Shown one piece after another: positions 18,840 to 27,909 of a stretch of DNA of 64,000 nucleotides. The notes beneath the pieces were generated by a model. It was not told where the DNA came from. It did not search any database and saw nothing but the letters and a program-made list of their open reading frames with translations. This DNA is from Candidatus Magasanikiibacteriota bacterium. GTDB taxonomy: Bacteria; Patescibacteriota; Patescibacteriia; Magasanikbacterales; UBA922. How positions within the stretch are numbered: the stretch's first letter is position 1; every line of letters starts with the position of its first letter. Both the position numbers and the translations under genes were made by a program. The DNA is taken from contig JABIEQ010000010.1 of NCBI GenBank assembly GCA_018651085.1, positions 1,688 to 65,687 of the forward strand, given 5' to 3'.

Positions 18840-19140
18840 ATGTGTAGCCTTTTTTTTCTTTATTTTTGGCATTTAAAAAAAGTATAGACTAGTCTATACT
18901 TTCATTTATTTGGTTGATTTATCCCCATTTTAGGGGAGTTTTACACAGAGTTATCCACAATGTATAGATTAGTCTATACAAATAGCCGATATATACTGTG
19001 AATATATCGTGTATAGCTTCTTTTGTTCCTGTTTATTTCTTGGGGATAGCTCTTTTTTCTCTTGTTTTCCACAGTCTTAGGTGGTTTTACACAGATTTAT
19101 CCCCTTTTGTAGAGAGTAGTGTATACAAACAGAGTTTTGC
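18840..19140. promoter_or_regulatory. cluster of DnaA-box-like 9-mers and 16-bp palindromes; candidate oriC or DnaA-regulated/titration locus
   Basis: TTATCCACA perfect at 18951-59. TTATCCCCA at 18919-27. TTATCCCCT at 19097-105. TTTTCCACA at 19065-73. gttttacacag appears twice, each adjacent to a box. Palindromes TATAGACTAGTCTATA (18883) and TATAGATTAGTCTATA (18963). AT tract at 18850-18880. Confidence 0.4.
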
Positions 19141-19189
19141 TCTTTTTTTATTGGAGGTATTTTTGTATACTATTGATATCTATTTTTAT

Positions 19190-19606
19190 ATGTCTATTCG
19201 ATTTTTTTTGGCGACAAAGGCTTTTATCTCTTATCAAGGGCAAATTCTGGTTCTTCGTGAATCCCCCTCTTATGAAGATACGAGCAATACTGGTTTTTAT
19301 GATGTGGTCGGCGGTCGGTTAGATCCCGGAGAACACTTCGGTGATGCCCTTACTAGAGAGGTATACGAGGAAACTGGATTAAAAGTAACGATGGGTCGTC
19401 CCTTTTTTGTGAATGAGTGGAGACCTGTGGTTCGAGGAGAACAATGGCACATCGTAGGTATATTTTTTGCCTGTGAGGCTGATAATCAGACTGTTGTGCT
19501 AAGTAAGGACCACGATGATTATAAATGGATTGATCCTAAAGAGTATAAACAAGAACACATTATAGAAAATTTGTCCTTTGCCTTTGATGCATATCTTACT
19601 CGTTAG
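19190..19606 (+). CDS. NUDIX hydrolase
   Basis: Nudix box GGRLDPGEHFGDALTREVYEETGL. Start set at ATG 19190. The ORF track 5' extension 18998-19189 is non-protein-like. Confidence 0.8.
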   Translation: MSIRFFLATKAFISYQGQILVLRESPSYEDTSNTGFYDVVGGRLDPGEHFGDALTREVYEETGLKVTMGRPFFVNEWRPVVRGEQWHIVGIFFACEADNQTVVLSKDHDDYKWIDPKEYKQEHIIENLSFAFDAYLTR

Positions 19607-19614
19607 CCTGTCTT

Positions 19615-20622
19615 ATGTCTGAATCCCCTTTGTATGAGCCTGTCCATACACAGCACCCTGTTCGAACAGGAGTGCTTTTTGTTGTGGTTAGCATTTTTGT
19701 TGTAGCTATTGTGATAGCTTTTTGGTGGTGGCAGTCTTATGGATTTACCTTTTCTCGTGCTACAGATCTACGACAAGATATTTTGTTACAAGAGGAAGAT
19801 GATACATTCGCTCGTTTACTTGATGGTAAATCAGTGGAATCTCCACAGATTCAAGATGTGCTTGAGGGGATTCCCGATATATCTGACATGCAATATGTGT
19901 TAACTCCAAACAGTGGATGGGAAACATATTTTCCATCTAATGCTCCGACACTGTTGTTAGGAAAAACTCGTTCAGAGGTTCGACAAACATTAGGAGAGCC
20001 TCCTGTATTGCTACGTCAACATACAAATGAATCAATTGAAGAAGATTGGGTGTATTTTCCATACCTGAATGATCCTACTGGGCTTTATATAGATTTTTCT
20101 TCTGGTATTGTTATAAGTAGTAAACTTGATGAGTATAGTGGTTTAAGTAGTCTTGGTGTGGTAGATACATCAGAAGTTGCAGCTGATTACCCTTCGTCTT
20201 TTGATGCTGTGCTTGATTTTGGAGCTGAAAGAACCGTTAGCTCAACATTTTTTAGTCTTTCACCTTCTAGTATTACTGATGTGAAAAAATTTGTGGGTGA
20301 TGGAACTCGCATTCATGAGTTTACTGTTATACAAACGAGAGAAGTTGATTTAAATCGTAGTGTTGGTGGGAGTATTGAACGACTGTATGTCTCTGTGTCC
20401 TTTTACGAAGTTGAAGGAGATGTAGTTTATGAAACAGTATTGTTTGATCCGCAAATTGCTGCATTACAAATTGAAAATGTATCAGTAAACAATGGGAAAA
20501 TGGTTGTGTCTGTGTCTGATTATGAAGACTATGATGATGTTAGTAACAGCACTGTGTTTCGATATACATATGTCCTTTCTTTTTTGGAACAAGAAGTATT
20601 ATTTATAGAAAAAAAAGGATAA
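19615..20622 (+). CDS. hypothetical membrane-anchored extracytoplasmic protein
   Basis: N-terminal TM VLFVVVSIFVVAIVIAFWWW followed by 290 aa of Ser/Asp/Val-rich sequence. No family recognised. Confidence 0.6.
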   Translation: MSESPLYEPVHTQHPVRTGVLFVVVSIFVVAIVIAFWWWQSYGFTFSRATDLRQDILLQEEDDTFARLLDGKSVESPQIQDVLEGIPDISDMQYVLTPNSGWETYFPSNAPTLLLGKTRSEVRQTLGEPPVLLRQHTNESIEEDWVYFPYLNDPTGLYIDFSSGIVISSKLDEYSGLSSLGVVDTSEVAADYPSSFDAVLDFGAERTVSSTFFSLSPSSITDVKKFVGDGTRIHEFTVIQTREVDLNRSVGGSIERLYVSVSFYEVEGDVVYETVLFDPQIAALQIENVSVNNGKMVVSVSDYEDYDDVSNSTVFRYTYVLSFLEQEVLFIEKKG

Positions 20623-20637
20623 TGTTTCTTTTTTCTA

Positions 20638-20666
20638 TTGACAAACGGTGATTTTTTTGCTATACT
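20638..20666 (+). promoter_or_regulatory. sigma70-like promoter TTGACA-N17-TATACT upstream of the 864-aa charged protein gene
   Basis: ttgacaaacggtgatttttttgctatact. ATG at 20734. Confidence 0.4.
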
Positions 20667-20733
20667 GTGTGTAGAGTTGTACAAAAACCGTTGCAACTTT
20701 CAAAAATAAATACACACATAAAAAACAATTCAT

Positions 20734-23328
20734 ATGATCTCATGCTTGGAGGGTTCTCACACCCAAACATCTCATTTTTCTTTTATTTATCGTTGTCTGT
20801 TTGCAGGAATTGTATTTTCAATTGCTGTTTTTTTATTTTTACCTGGTATTTCTTTCGCTGCTGAAGAAGATTTTTCTGATGCTGTTATAGAAGATGCTAT
20901 TATTGATCATGAAGACTTGGGGGTTGAAGCGCCAACAGTTCTCCCTGATCAAAAAGTACGATATGGATTTAAACGATTTGGCCGATTTTTTCAAAAAACA
21001 CTCGCTACTGGCGAAAAGAAACAAGAACTTATTGAACAATTCGCTAATCAAGAACTTGCAGATGCCTCTTTGCTTCTTGAACAAAAAAATACTGAAGGGC
21101 GTGCTGTTAATGCTGCTGTAAAGGCTATTAAACGGGCACAAAAACAATTAGAGAACGTTGAAGTGAAAAATCCAGAGGCTGCAGGAAAGTTTCTTGGACA
21201 TGAAGTAGTTCGTCAAAAAGTATATGATCGTGTTCAAAGACAGTTACTTGATCATGCTCCTGCTGATGTAATTGATGATGCCTTTGAAAGCATTGTTAAT
21301 GCTAAAAAAGAAGCTGCAGAGTACGCAGCTCAAACACTTGGTTCAATTGAAGATCAAGAAGGACTACTTGAAGAAGTAGGACTTGTACTTGAAGATGCAA
21401 AAGGAAGTTCACTTAATGCATTTAAACAAGCTGAAGCGTTACAGTTTTTTGAAGATCATGCCTCTAAAAATAGGCGTGATTTTTTTGATAAAGCAAAAAA
21501 ACGTACTCTTGAACGGTTTGCTGAAAATATTCATGATGAGTTTGTAGGGGGAAATCGTGATATCGTTGATAGGTTTGAGCAGTATGCAAAAGAAATTCCA
21601 GGAGACGAGACAATCCATCTTGAAATTTTTGATACGTTGAAAACTGGTCTTGAAGAATATGATTTTCCAGAAGAAGTGCGAGGGAAAATTGAACAATGGA
21701 AAGATATTTCTGCAAGACGTCATGAACAGGATGCTGAACGTGCGGAAGACCGGTTTGGTGATGATATTGCACATAAAATTTATGAGCGTCGTTTAGAACG
21801 TTTCTCTGACTTAGGTAAAGAAGAAGTAGATGTGTCACGATTTCGTGTGCTTGAAGAACTTCGAACGAGAACTTCTGGAGAAGAAGGAAGAGTACATGCT
21901 GTGGTGCAAGCAGAGCATAAAAAAATGGCAGCAAAATTTAAAGCACAATTTACAGATGAAGGATCACAAAAACTTGCCGATAAGTTTCTTGAACTTTCTA
22001 AAAATCCTGATCCAACATCATTTGCTATTATTAAAGAGCTTGAAAAACAGTTAACTCCAGAACAACGAAAATTTGTTGATGCACTTGACCAACAATTAAA
22101 GCATGAACTTGTGCAACAACGAGCAGAACATGGGGCTTTGTTTGAAGATAAGTTTTTTTCTAATCTTCCTGAACATCAAGATATTTTGCAAGGGTTAGAA
22201 CGAGATTTTCGTGATCATCGTGAAGACTTTTTAGGACCAGCTGACTTATTTGCTTCTTTTGATGGACAAGAACCTCTTCCATTTGTTCAACGACCAGGGC
22301 AACTTGATCAATTTTTTCAAAAAGCATCTTTTGATCAGCAAGTTCGTATTCGACGTGAGCTTGAATCAATTGATGATCCTGAAGCATTTGATCATTTTCA
22401 AGGAAAGTTTGAAGGATTTGAAAATATTCCACCTGAATTTCAATTTTTACAAGGTACTTTTGATGTGAAACGTCGTCAAATTGAAGAACGTCGTCTTCAA
22501 GATAAAGAGGAAGAACATTCAAGAGATACTGAACAAGCTTTTGAAGTTCTTGAAGAAGAATATCGTCAAAAAATTGAGGGTGTTTTAGAAAAAGATCGTG
22601 AAGCTTTTGAACGTCAATTTAATGAAAAACGTAATAACTTGAAGGAACGAGAATTAAAGAATAGACAAGAGTTGTTTGAAGAACGAATTGGAGATAGATC
22701 ATCATTTGATCCATTTTGTGATGAACGTTGTCAAAAAGAGGAAGAACTTTTTATTAGACAACGGTTTGAACAAAATATTGATAATGATAGACGTCGTTTT
22801 GAAGAGGATCAAGATTTTTTTAGACTAGAAAGAGAGAGCCTTGGAGATTTTAATCGGTTATCTGATCAAGATAATGCTTTATTTGAAACACGAAAACGTG
22901 ATGGTACTGAAGGTCCAATTGTTGATCGTCATCAGATTATTAATATCCGAAAATCACCGTCGTCCTCTAGAGGTAGATTAGATCAAAGAGATTCAGATCG
23001 ACATCTCAACTCAGAGTTTGAGCCACCTCGTGATTTTTCAAATCTTCCTTCTAAATCGGAGCTTGAAAGACGGGGTGAATTTAAACAACCAACAGTTGAA
23101 GATCGCCGTGATGAATTTAAACAACCGAGGTTTGAAGATCGTCGCGATGAATTTAAACCAAAAGAACCATTAAGTAATGGTGATACTCGTTCAAAGGTAG
23201 ATTTTAATTTACCTGTGAACCCTCCAAAATTTGAACATAATACCACTGAAAACAAAGATCTTTTTGAAAGAGAGAAGCTAGAAGACGTTAATAGGCCCGA
23301 CTTTGGAGATTCGTTTAAAGGATTTTAA
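20734..23328 (+). CDS. large secreted, extremely charged (E/R/D/K/F/Q-rich) low-complexity protein with C-terminal tandem repeats
   Basis: 864 aa. N-terminal signal-like FAGIVFSIAVFLFLPGISFAAEE. Long runs such as EERRLQDKEEEHSRDTEQAFEVLEEEYRQKIEG. Three tandem EDRRDEFKQP repeats near the C-terminus. Confidence 0.7.
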   Translation: MISCLEGSHTQTSHFSFIYRCLFAGIVFSIAVFLFLPGISFAAEEDFSDAVIEDAIIDHEDLGVEAPTVLPDQKVRYGFKRFGRFFQKTLATGEKKQELIEQFANQELADASLLLEQKNTEGRAVNAAVKAIKRAQKQLENVEVKNPEAAGKFLGHEVVRQKVYDRVQRQLLDHAPADVIDDAFESIVNAKKEAAEYAAQTLGSIEDQEGLLEEVGLVLEDAKGSSLNAFKQAEALQFFEDHASKNRRDFFDKAKKRTLERFAENIHDEFVGGNRDIVDRFEQYAKEIPGDETIHLEIFDTLKTGLEEYDFPEEVRGKIEQWKDISARRHEQDAERAEDRFGDDIAHKIYERRLERFSDLGKEEVDVSRFRVLEELRTRTSGEEGRVHAVVQAEHKKMAAKFKAQFTDEGSQKLADKFLELSKNPDPTSFAIIKELEKQLTPEQRKFVDALDQQLKHELVQQRAEHGALFEDKFFSNLPEHQDILQGLERDFRDHREDFLGPADLFASFDGQEPLPFVQRPGQLDQFFQKASFDQQVRIRRELESIDDPEAFDHFQGKFEGFENIPPEFQFLQGTFDVKRRQIEERRLQDKEEEHSRDTEQAFEVLEEEYRQKIEGVLEKDREAFERQFNEKRNNLKERELKNRQELFEERIGDRSSFDPFCDERCQKEEELFIRQRFEQNIDNDRRRFEEDQDFFRLERESLGDFNRLSDQDNALFETRKRDGTEGPIVDRHQIINIRKSPSSSRGRLDQRDSDRHLNSEFEPPRDFSNLPSKSELERRGEFKQPTVEDRRDEFKQPRFEDRRDEFKPKEPLSNGDTRSKVDFNLPVNPPKFEHNTTENKDLFEREKLEDVNRPDFGDSFKGF
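23060..23170 (+). repeat. three imperfect tandem ~33-nt repeats (EDRRDEFKQP units) inside the charged protein gene
   Basis: cggggtgaatttaaacaacc.. / cgccgtgatgaatttaaacaaccg.. / cgtcgcgatgaatttaaacca. Confidence 0.6.
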
Positions 23329-23335
23329 TTATCTT

Positions 23336-23370
23336 TTGCTACGTTCATTATAATGAACGTAGCTTTTTTT
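23336..23370 (+). terminator. intrinsic terminator: 26-bp perfect palindrome GCTACGTTCATTATAATGAACGTAGC plus T7
   Basis: Immediately after the stop at 23328 and ending at the VIT-family gene ATG 23371. Confidence 0.6.
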
Positions 23371-24096
23371 ATGTCAGTCGAACATAACCCTAAATACATT
23401 CATCATGCTGATCCTGTTGATACTTCTTTAATACGTGAAGGGGTGTTTGGTTTGGAAGATGGTATGGTTTCAACACTTGGGGCTGTTACTGGTATTGCAA
23501 CAGCCACGCAAGATTATTTTACGGTTATTTTAGCCGGGTGCGTTGTTATTTCAGTTGAATCCATTGCTATGGCCGTTGGTTCATACCTTTCAAGTAAGTC
23601 TGAAAAAGAGATTGATGAGCGCATGCTTTTTGAAGAGAAACAAGAGATTGCAAAATTTCCTCAGGAAGAACGAGAAGAGTTATATGAAATGTATGTTCAA
23701 GAAGAATGGCCAAAAGAACTTGCTCATAATATGGCTGATGCTGCGTCAGCTAATCCAAAAATAATGCTTCAAGAAATGGCATATAGAGAACTTCAGATTA
23801 TTCCGGATAACTTAGAGCGTCCACTCCATAATGCTGTTATTATGGGAATTTCATATGTTATAGGTGGATCTATTCCTCTTATCCCGTATCTATTTTCCAG
23901 GGATATTTCATTTATTCTCCCTATTTCTATTGGGTTTACTCTTGTTGCTTTATTTGGTCTTGGTGCGCTTACCACAAAATTCTCTAAACGATCTTGGTGG
24001 AAAGCTGGTCTTGAAATGTTTGCTCTTGCGAGTGCTGCCGCTTTTATTGGATATGCTGTGGGGCAAGGTATTGATAAAGTATTTGGGCTTGGGTAA
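23371..24096 (+). CDS. VIT1/CCC1-family (iron/manganese transporter-like) membrane protein
   Basis: REGVFGLEDGMVSTLGAVTGIA is the hallmark VIT-family N-terminal helix. Three further C-terminal TMs. Start set at MSVEHNPKY. Confidence 0.75.
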   Translation: MSVEHNPKYIHHADPVDTSLIREGVFGLEDGMVSTLGAVTGIATATQDYFTVILAGCVVISVESIAMAVGSYLSSKSEKEIDERMLFEEKQEIAKFPQEEREELYEMYVQEEWPKELAHNMADAASANPKIMLQEMAYRELQIIPDNLERPLHNAVIMGISYVIGGSIPLIPYLFSRDISFILPISIGFTLVALFGLGALTTKFSKRSWWKAGLEMFALASAAAFIGYAVGQGIDKVFGLG

Positions 24097-24109
24097 TAGT
24101 TTTAATGTA

Positions 24110-24150
24110 TATAAAAAAGAGACTAGTATATACTAGTCTCTTTTATTAAA
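24110..24150. terminator. bidirectional terminator aagagactagtatatactagtctctt
   Basis: Perfect stem between the convergent VIT gene and TrmB paralog. Confidence 0.55.
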
Positions 24151-24897
24151 TAAATGGTCAAAAATGGCATGTTGTTGGTCAGCGATATCTTTGTGTTTTA
24201 TATACACTCCACCAGGAAGTTCTCCTACACTTAAAAATATGACAACATCTTCGTAGATGTATGAAGCGGTATTTGTTTTAAAATCTTTTAGGGTTTTTCT
24301 TTCTCGGAGGTGCTCTGTTTTTTGTAGTGTGTTTGTCGGTTCTTTTTTTAAAGAACTTGGGCAGTCTTCTCCTCTAATAAGTTTTACAGTAATATTTTTT
24401 TTTGCTCTTTTTTCTAGATGTGCATGAAATATGGTACTAATTTCTTCGTTTTCCATGTACACGGAGTATGATTTTAATTCTTTTGGTTCATCAAGGATTA
24501 TTTTTTCTAGAACTTGTCTGATTCCTTGTATGCCTGGATAATTTTTAAAAAATGGGTCATTATTAATTTTACTGTAAGCTGCTTCAAGTGTTCCAAAGTG
24601 TTCTTCGAGTTTTTTTTCTGTCTCTATTAATGCTTTTCTTTTTTTGTAGAGAAATTCTTTGAGATTTTCAGGATGGGTAATAGTGTAGTGGAGCACTTTT
24701 TTTTGTGGATTTTTATAGATGAGCGTATGCTCTTCTAGCCAATCACAAATATTATAGATAGTCCCTTTTTTAAGGGATGTTTTTTTTACGATGTTTGCAA
24801 CCGTTAATTCTTTGTGTTCAAAAATAGTCGTGTACACACGTATTTGTTCTTGTTGCAATCCAAGAGTTTGTAATGTTTCAATAATTTCTTTTTTCAT
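24133..24897 (-). CDS. TrmB-family transcriptional regulator (paralog)
   Basis: N-terminal LGLQQEQIRVYTTIFEHKELTVANIVKKTSLKKGTIYNICDWLEE is a TrmB-type wHTH. Confidence 0.6.
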   Translation of the reverse strand: MKKEIIETLQTLGLQQEQIRVYTTIFEHKELTVANIVKKTSLKKGTIYNICDWLEEHTLIYKNPQKKVLHYTITHPENLKEFLYKKRKALIETEKKLEEHFGTLEAAYSKINNDPFFKNYPGIQGIRQVLEKIILDEPKELKSYSVYMENEEISTIFHAHLEKRAKKNITVKLIRGEDCPSSLKKEPTNTLQKTEHLRERKTLKDFKTNTASYIYEDVVIFLSVGELPGGVYIKHKDIADQQHAIFDHLFNKRD

Positions 24898-25147
24898 GTC
24901 TTTTTGACAAAAAATAGATGATACTGCTTCTAGTTTATCATTTTGTCAGTGTTTTTTGAAATATTTTGTGGATAACCCACTGTTTTGTCTGTTTATATTT
25001 GACTAAAATTAACCTATGTATAGCTAATTTTATTAATATTTCAAATCTATTTGACAAAAAGACAGTTCTTTTTCATACTAAAGAGGCGCTATTTTGGTAG
25101 AGCACTATACTTTATGAAGGGTTTTTGTTGAATATTGTCGTCGATAT

Positions 25148-25396
25148 ATGAAAGGACTGTATGTCTCACAACAAGATGTGTTAGGGCTTTTTCTTCAAAA
25201 GCCCCTTCATGAGGTTGATGTTCGTGAACTTGAGCGCACGCTGGCAACACTTCGTGGTCATGTTGCTCACATAAAAAAACATTGTTGTGAATTTTGGTGT
25301 GCAGAGTGTCATGCAAAGGGGTGGTGGGAAGAGGATCTTTTTATTCTTCAAGATGCTAAAAGACGTGTTCTTCAAGAATTACTTTCTCGTTTTTAA
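25148..25396 (+). CDS. hypothetical small Cys/His-rich protein (82 aa)
   Basis: Putative promoter TTGACA-N17-CATACT at 25050-25078. CCEFWCAECH cluster. Convergent with the methyltransferase gene, with 4-nt overlap. Coding status uncertain. Confidence 0.3.
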   Translation: MKGLYVSQQDVLGLFLQKPLHEVDVRELERTLATLRGHVAHIKKHCCEFWCAECHAKGWWEEDLFILQDAKRRVLQELLSRF

Positions 25397-26523
25397 TTTT
25401 TTTCCCATTTCCAAATACTTCTTCCAATATGTTGTCCAGCTCTTCTATATAAAAGGCTTTCACTATCTTTTGTTAAGGGTATGTTGGTAAAACCAAGTTG
25501 TTCAATGTCATTTTTACAATTAATAGTGATCCATTCGTTGTGAAAGTGAAACTGTGGCACTATAAAAATAATTATTCCTCCTGGTTTTACGATGCGGTGA
25601 AATTGTTTGAATGTTTTTACAAATAATTGGCGAAGTTCTTTAGCTTGTTTTGTGAGGAGTTGTTTTCCTTCTTTTCCCGTCAGGGGCTTTCCCATATATG
25701 GTTCTGAAACGATTGCATCAATAGTATTTTCTGCAATTTTTTTTGTTTTTGTGGTTGCGTCATGTTGAAATATAGTAACTGTTGCATTCGTATCTACCTG
25801 CTCTTCTAACCATGACATGTTTGCTTCTGAATCCCTTACCGCTCTTATAGAGATATCTGTTCCTATAATATGTTGTATACCAGAAGACAATGCTTCCATG
25901 AGGACTGTCCCTGATCCACAAAAAGCATCAAGGAGTGTTTCATTGGGTTGTATCTCTGATAGGTTGATAAGGATTTTTGCAAGTTTGGGTGGAAGCATGC
26001 CGCTTTTATCGTCACTTCGTGGTCGTCCATAGTCTCTTTTTGCAAAATCTTCAAACGGTTGAATTGCGCGTGTAACAAAAAGCGTGTCTTTTATGTTTAA
26101 CAAGTCTCCTTGTTTTCTAATAAGACTATTATTTTTAATCGTAGCTGTATTTTTAGCTTCAATAAAACGGACAGATCGGCCGAGTGCTTTTAGTTCTTTT
26201 TTGACTTGAAGGGCAAAAGGTTTTGCTCCTTCTCCTGATAAAGAAAAGTGAATTTTCCCTTCAGGAGTTGTTTGTTGTAGATATTCTATGATCCGATCTT
26301 GTATAGATCCCTCTGTTTTTGGAATGGCTTCTGAAATTTTTTTTGTTCCACCAAGCTTTGCCATTATTTGAGGGGTATCAAGTATTCTTTTTGTTGAAAC
26401 AATAATATATTGCTTGGTTTCTTTTTCTATTGTCGCGTCGTATTCTTCTTTTGAAAGGGTAAAGAGAATTTCCGCTATAGAGATATGTGGTTGATGTCCA
26501 AGTTCGAAGTAGTAAGTGGGCAT
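25393..26523 (-). CDS. putative RNA (guanine-N2)-methyltransferase, UPF0020/Trm11-like, with N-terminal THUMP-like region
   Basis: SAM motif I LLDAFCGSGTVLMEA. Motif IV VSEPYMG. YGRPRSDDKSGMLPPKLAKILINLS block typical of COG1041-type methylases. Confidence 0.65.
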   Translation of the reverse strand: MPTYYFELGHQPHISIAEILFTLSKEEYDATIEKETKQYIIVSTKRILDTPQIMAKLGGTKKISEAIPKTEGSIQDRIIEYLQQTTPEGKIHFSLSGEGAKPFALQVKKELKALGRSVRFIEAKNTATIKNNSLIRKQGDLLNIKDTLFVTRAIQPFEDFAKRDYGRPRSDDKSGMLPPKLAKILINLSEIQPNETLLDAFCGSGTVLMEALSSGIQHIIGTDISIRAVRDSEANMSWLEEQVDTNATVTIFQHDATTKTKKIAENTIDAIVSEPYMGKPLTGKEGKQLLTKQAKELRQLFVKTFKQFHRIVKPGGIIIFIVPQFHFHNEWITINCKNDIEQLGFTNIPLTKDSESLLYRRAGQHIGRSIWKWEKN

Positions 26524-26526
26524 ATG

Positions 26527-27558
26527 TTAATCGTTTGGGACCTGTTTATTAAGGTGGGTATAAGCAAGAAGGGTCGCTTTTCTCCCTCGAGGTGTTCTTT
26601 CAAGCATTCCTGTCTGAAGAAGGTATGGTTCATATATTGTTTCAAGTGTATCCATATCTTCTGCCACAGCTGCCGCAATAGTGCTTAGTCCTACAGGTCC
26701 TCCTTGAAACTTTTCAATAATCGTCTCCAGGATGAGATAATCTACCGCATCAAGCCCCTCTGTGTCAACCTGAAGAGTCGTAAGAGCTTCATGTGCGATG
26801 TCTTTGGTAATTGTTCCATTGTGGCGTACGTCAGCATGGTCTCGTACGCGTCGTAAGAGCCTATTAGCGACTCTTGGCGTCTTTCTTGACCTATGAGCAA
26901 TGGTTTCCTCAGCACCGCCTTCAAGCGGCGTATTAAGGATAAGAGCGTTTGTCTTTATGATTGTCTCAATATGACTGTTTTCGTAGAATTTGAAGTGGAA
27001 AACATGGCCAAAACGGTCTCGAAGTGGTCCTGAGATTAGATTCATCTTAGTTGTGGCCCCAATAAGGGTAAATGGTTCAAGGGACATACGTAATGTTCGT
27101 GCTGTAGGTCCTTTTCCAACAATGATATCAAGAGCAAAGTCTTCCATTGCACTATAGAGTACTTCTTCAATAGTTTTGTTCATTCGATGGATTTCATCGA
27201 TGAATAGGACATCTCCGTACTCAAGGTTCGAAAGGATAGCCGCAAGATCTCCAACACGTTCTAGTGCTGGTCCTGCTGTTATTCTAATGTGTGCATCCAT
27301 TTCTTTTGCAATAATGTGTGCGAGTGTTGTTTTCCCAAGGCCGGGATTTCCATATAATAGTACATGCTCAATTGGTTCTTTTCTTTTTTCTGCTGCTTGC
27401 ATGGCGATATCAAGAGGCTCTTTGATGTGTTGTTGCCCAATAAACCCCTCAAGTGTCTTTGGGCGAAGGGTTCGTTCAATCTTTTTTTCTTCTTCTTTCT
27501 CTTCTTGATCGGGATTTACGATTCTTTCTGTGTGTTGTGAGGTATTTATTGGATTCAT
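26527..27558 (-). CDS. ruvB: Holliday junction branch migration helicase RuvB
   Basis: Walker [22 protein letters not shown]. Sensor and arginine-finger regions. C-terminal winged helix. No ruvA adjacent. Confidence 0.9.
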   Translation of the reverse strand: MNPINTSQHTERIVNPDQEEKEEEKKIERTLRPKTLEGFIGQQHIKEPLDIAMQAAEKRKEPIEHVLLYGNPGLGKTTLAHIIAKEMDAHIRITAGPALERVGDLAAILSNLEYGDVLFIDEIHRMNKTIEEVLYSAMEDFALDIIVGKGPTARTLRMSLEPFTLIGATTKMNLISGPLRDRFGHVFHFKFYENSHIETIIKTNALILNTPLEGGAEETIAHRSRKTPRVANRLLRRVRDHADVRHNGTITKDIAHEALTTLQVDTEGLDAVDYLILETIIEKFQGGPVGLSTIAAAVAEDMDTLETIYEPYLLQTGMLERTPRGRKATLLAYTHLNKQVPND

Positions 27559-27667
27559 AGTGGTCGGTAGTATACATGTCGATTTATCTTATCTCAAGAA
27601 ATATATTGTTTTTTTTGCGTGGGTTTCTTTTTTGTGTATACGAGTGGGGATGGTGATTGGGAACGAA

Positions 27668-27829
27668 TGTGGATAACTTATTGGTTTGTATATTTTATGG
27701 CTCTTTTAAGAGAAAAATGCATTTGTGGTCCGTATGAAACTTGTGTGGTATAATAATACTCGTTCGATCATTACCTTACTAAACACAATATATAGTGGTT
27801 TAAATATATTTGAACCACAATATATTGTG
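27668..27829 (+). promoter_or_regulatory. nrdAB control region: DnaA box, extended -10 and tandem NrdR boxes
   Basis: TGTGGATAA at 27668-76. tgtggTATAAT near 27748. NrdR-box-like palindromes acacaatatatagtgg (27782-97) and ccacaatatattgtgt (27814-29) with 32-bp spacing. nrdA ATG at 27910. Confidence 0.5.
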
Positions 27830-27909
27830 TTCAACATATTTCTGTTGAATGCGGTTGCGCTGGGTTTTGGCGTTTTTTTTATCCTTTTATTTATTTTCTG
27901 CCTTGTCAT

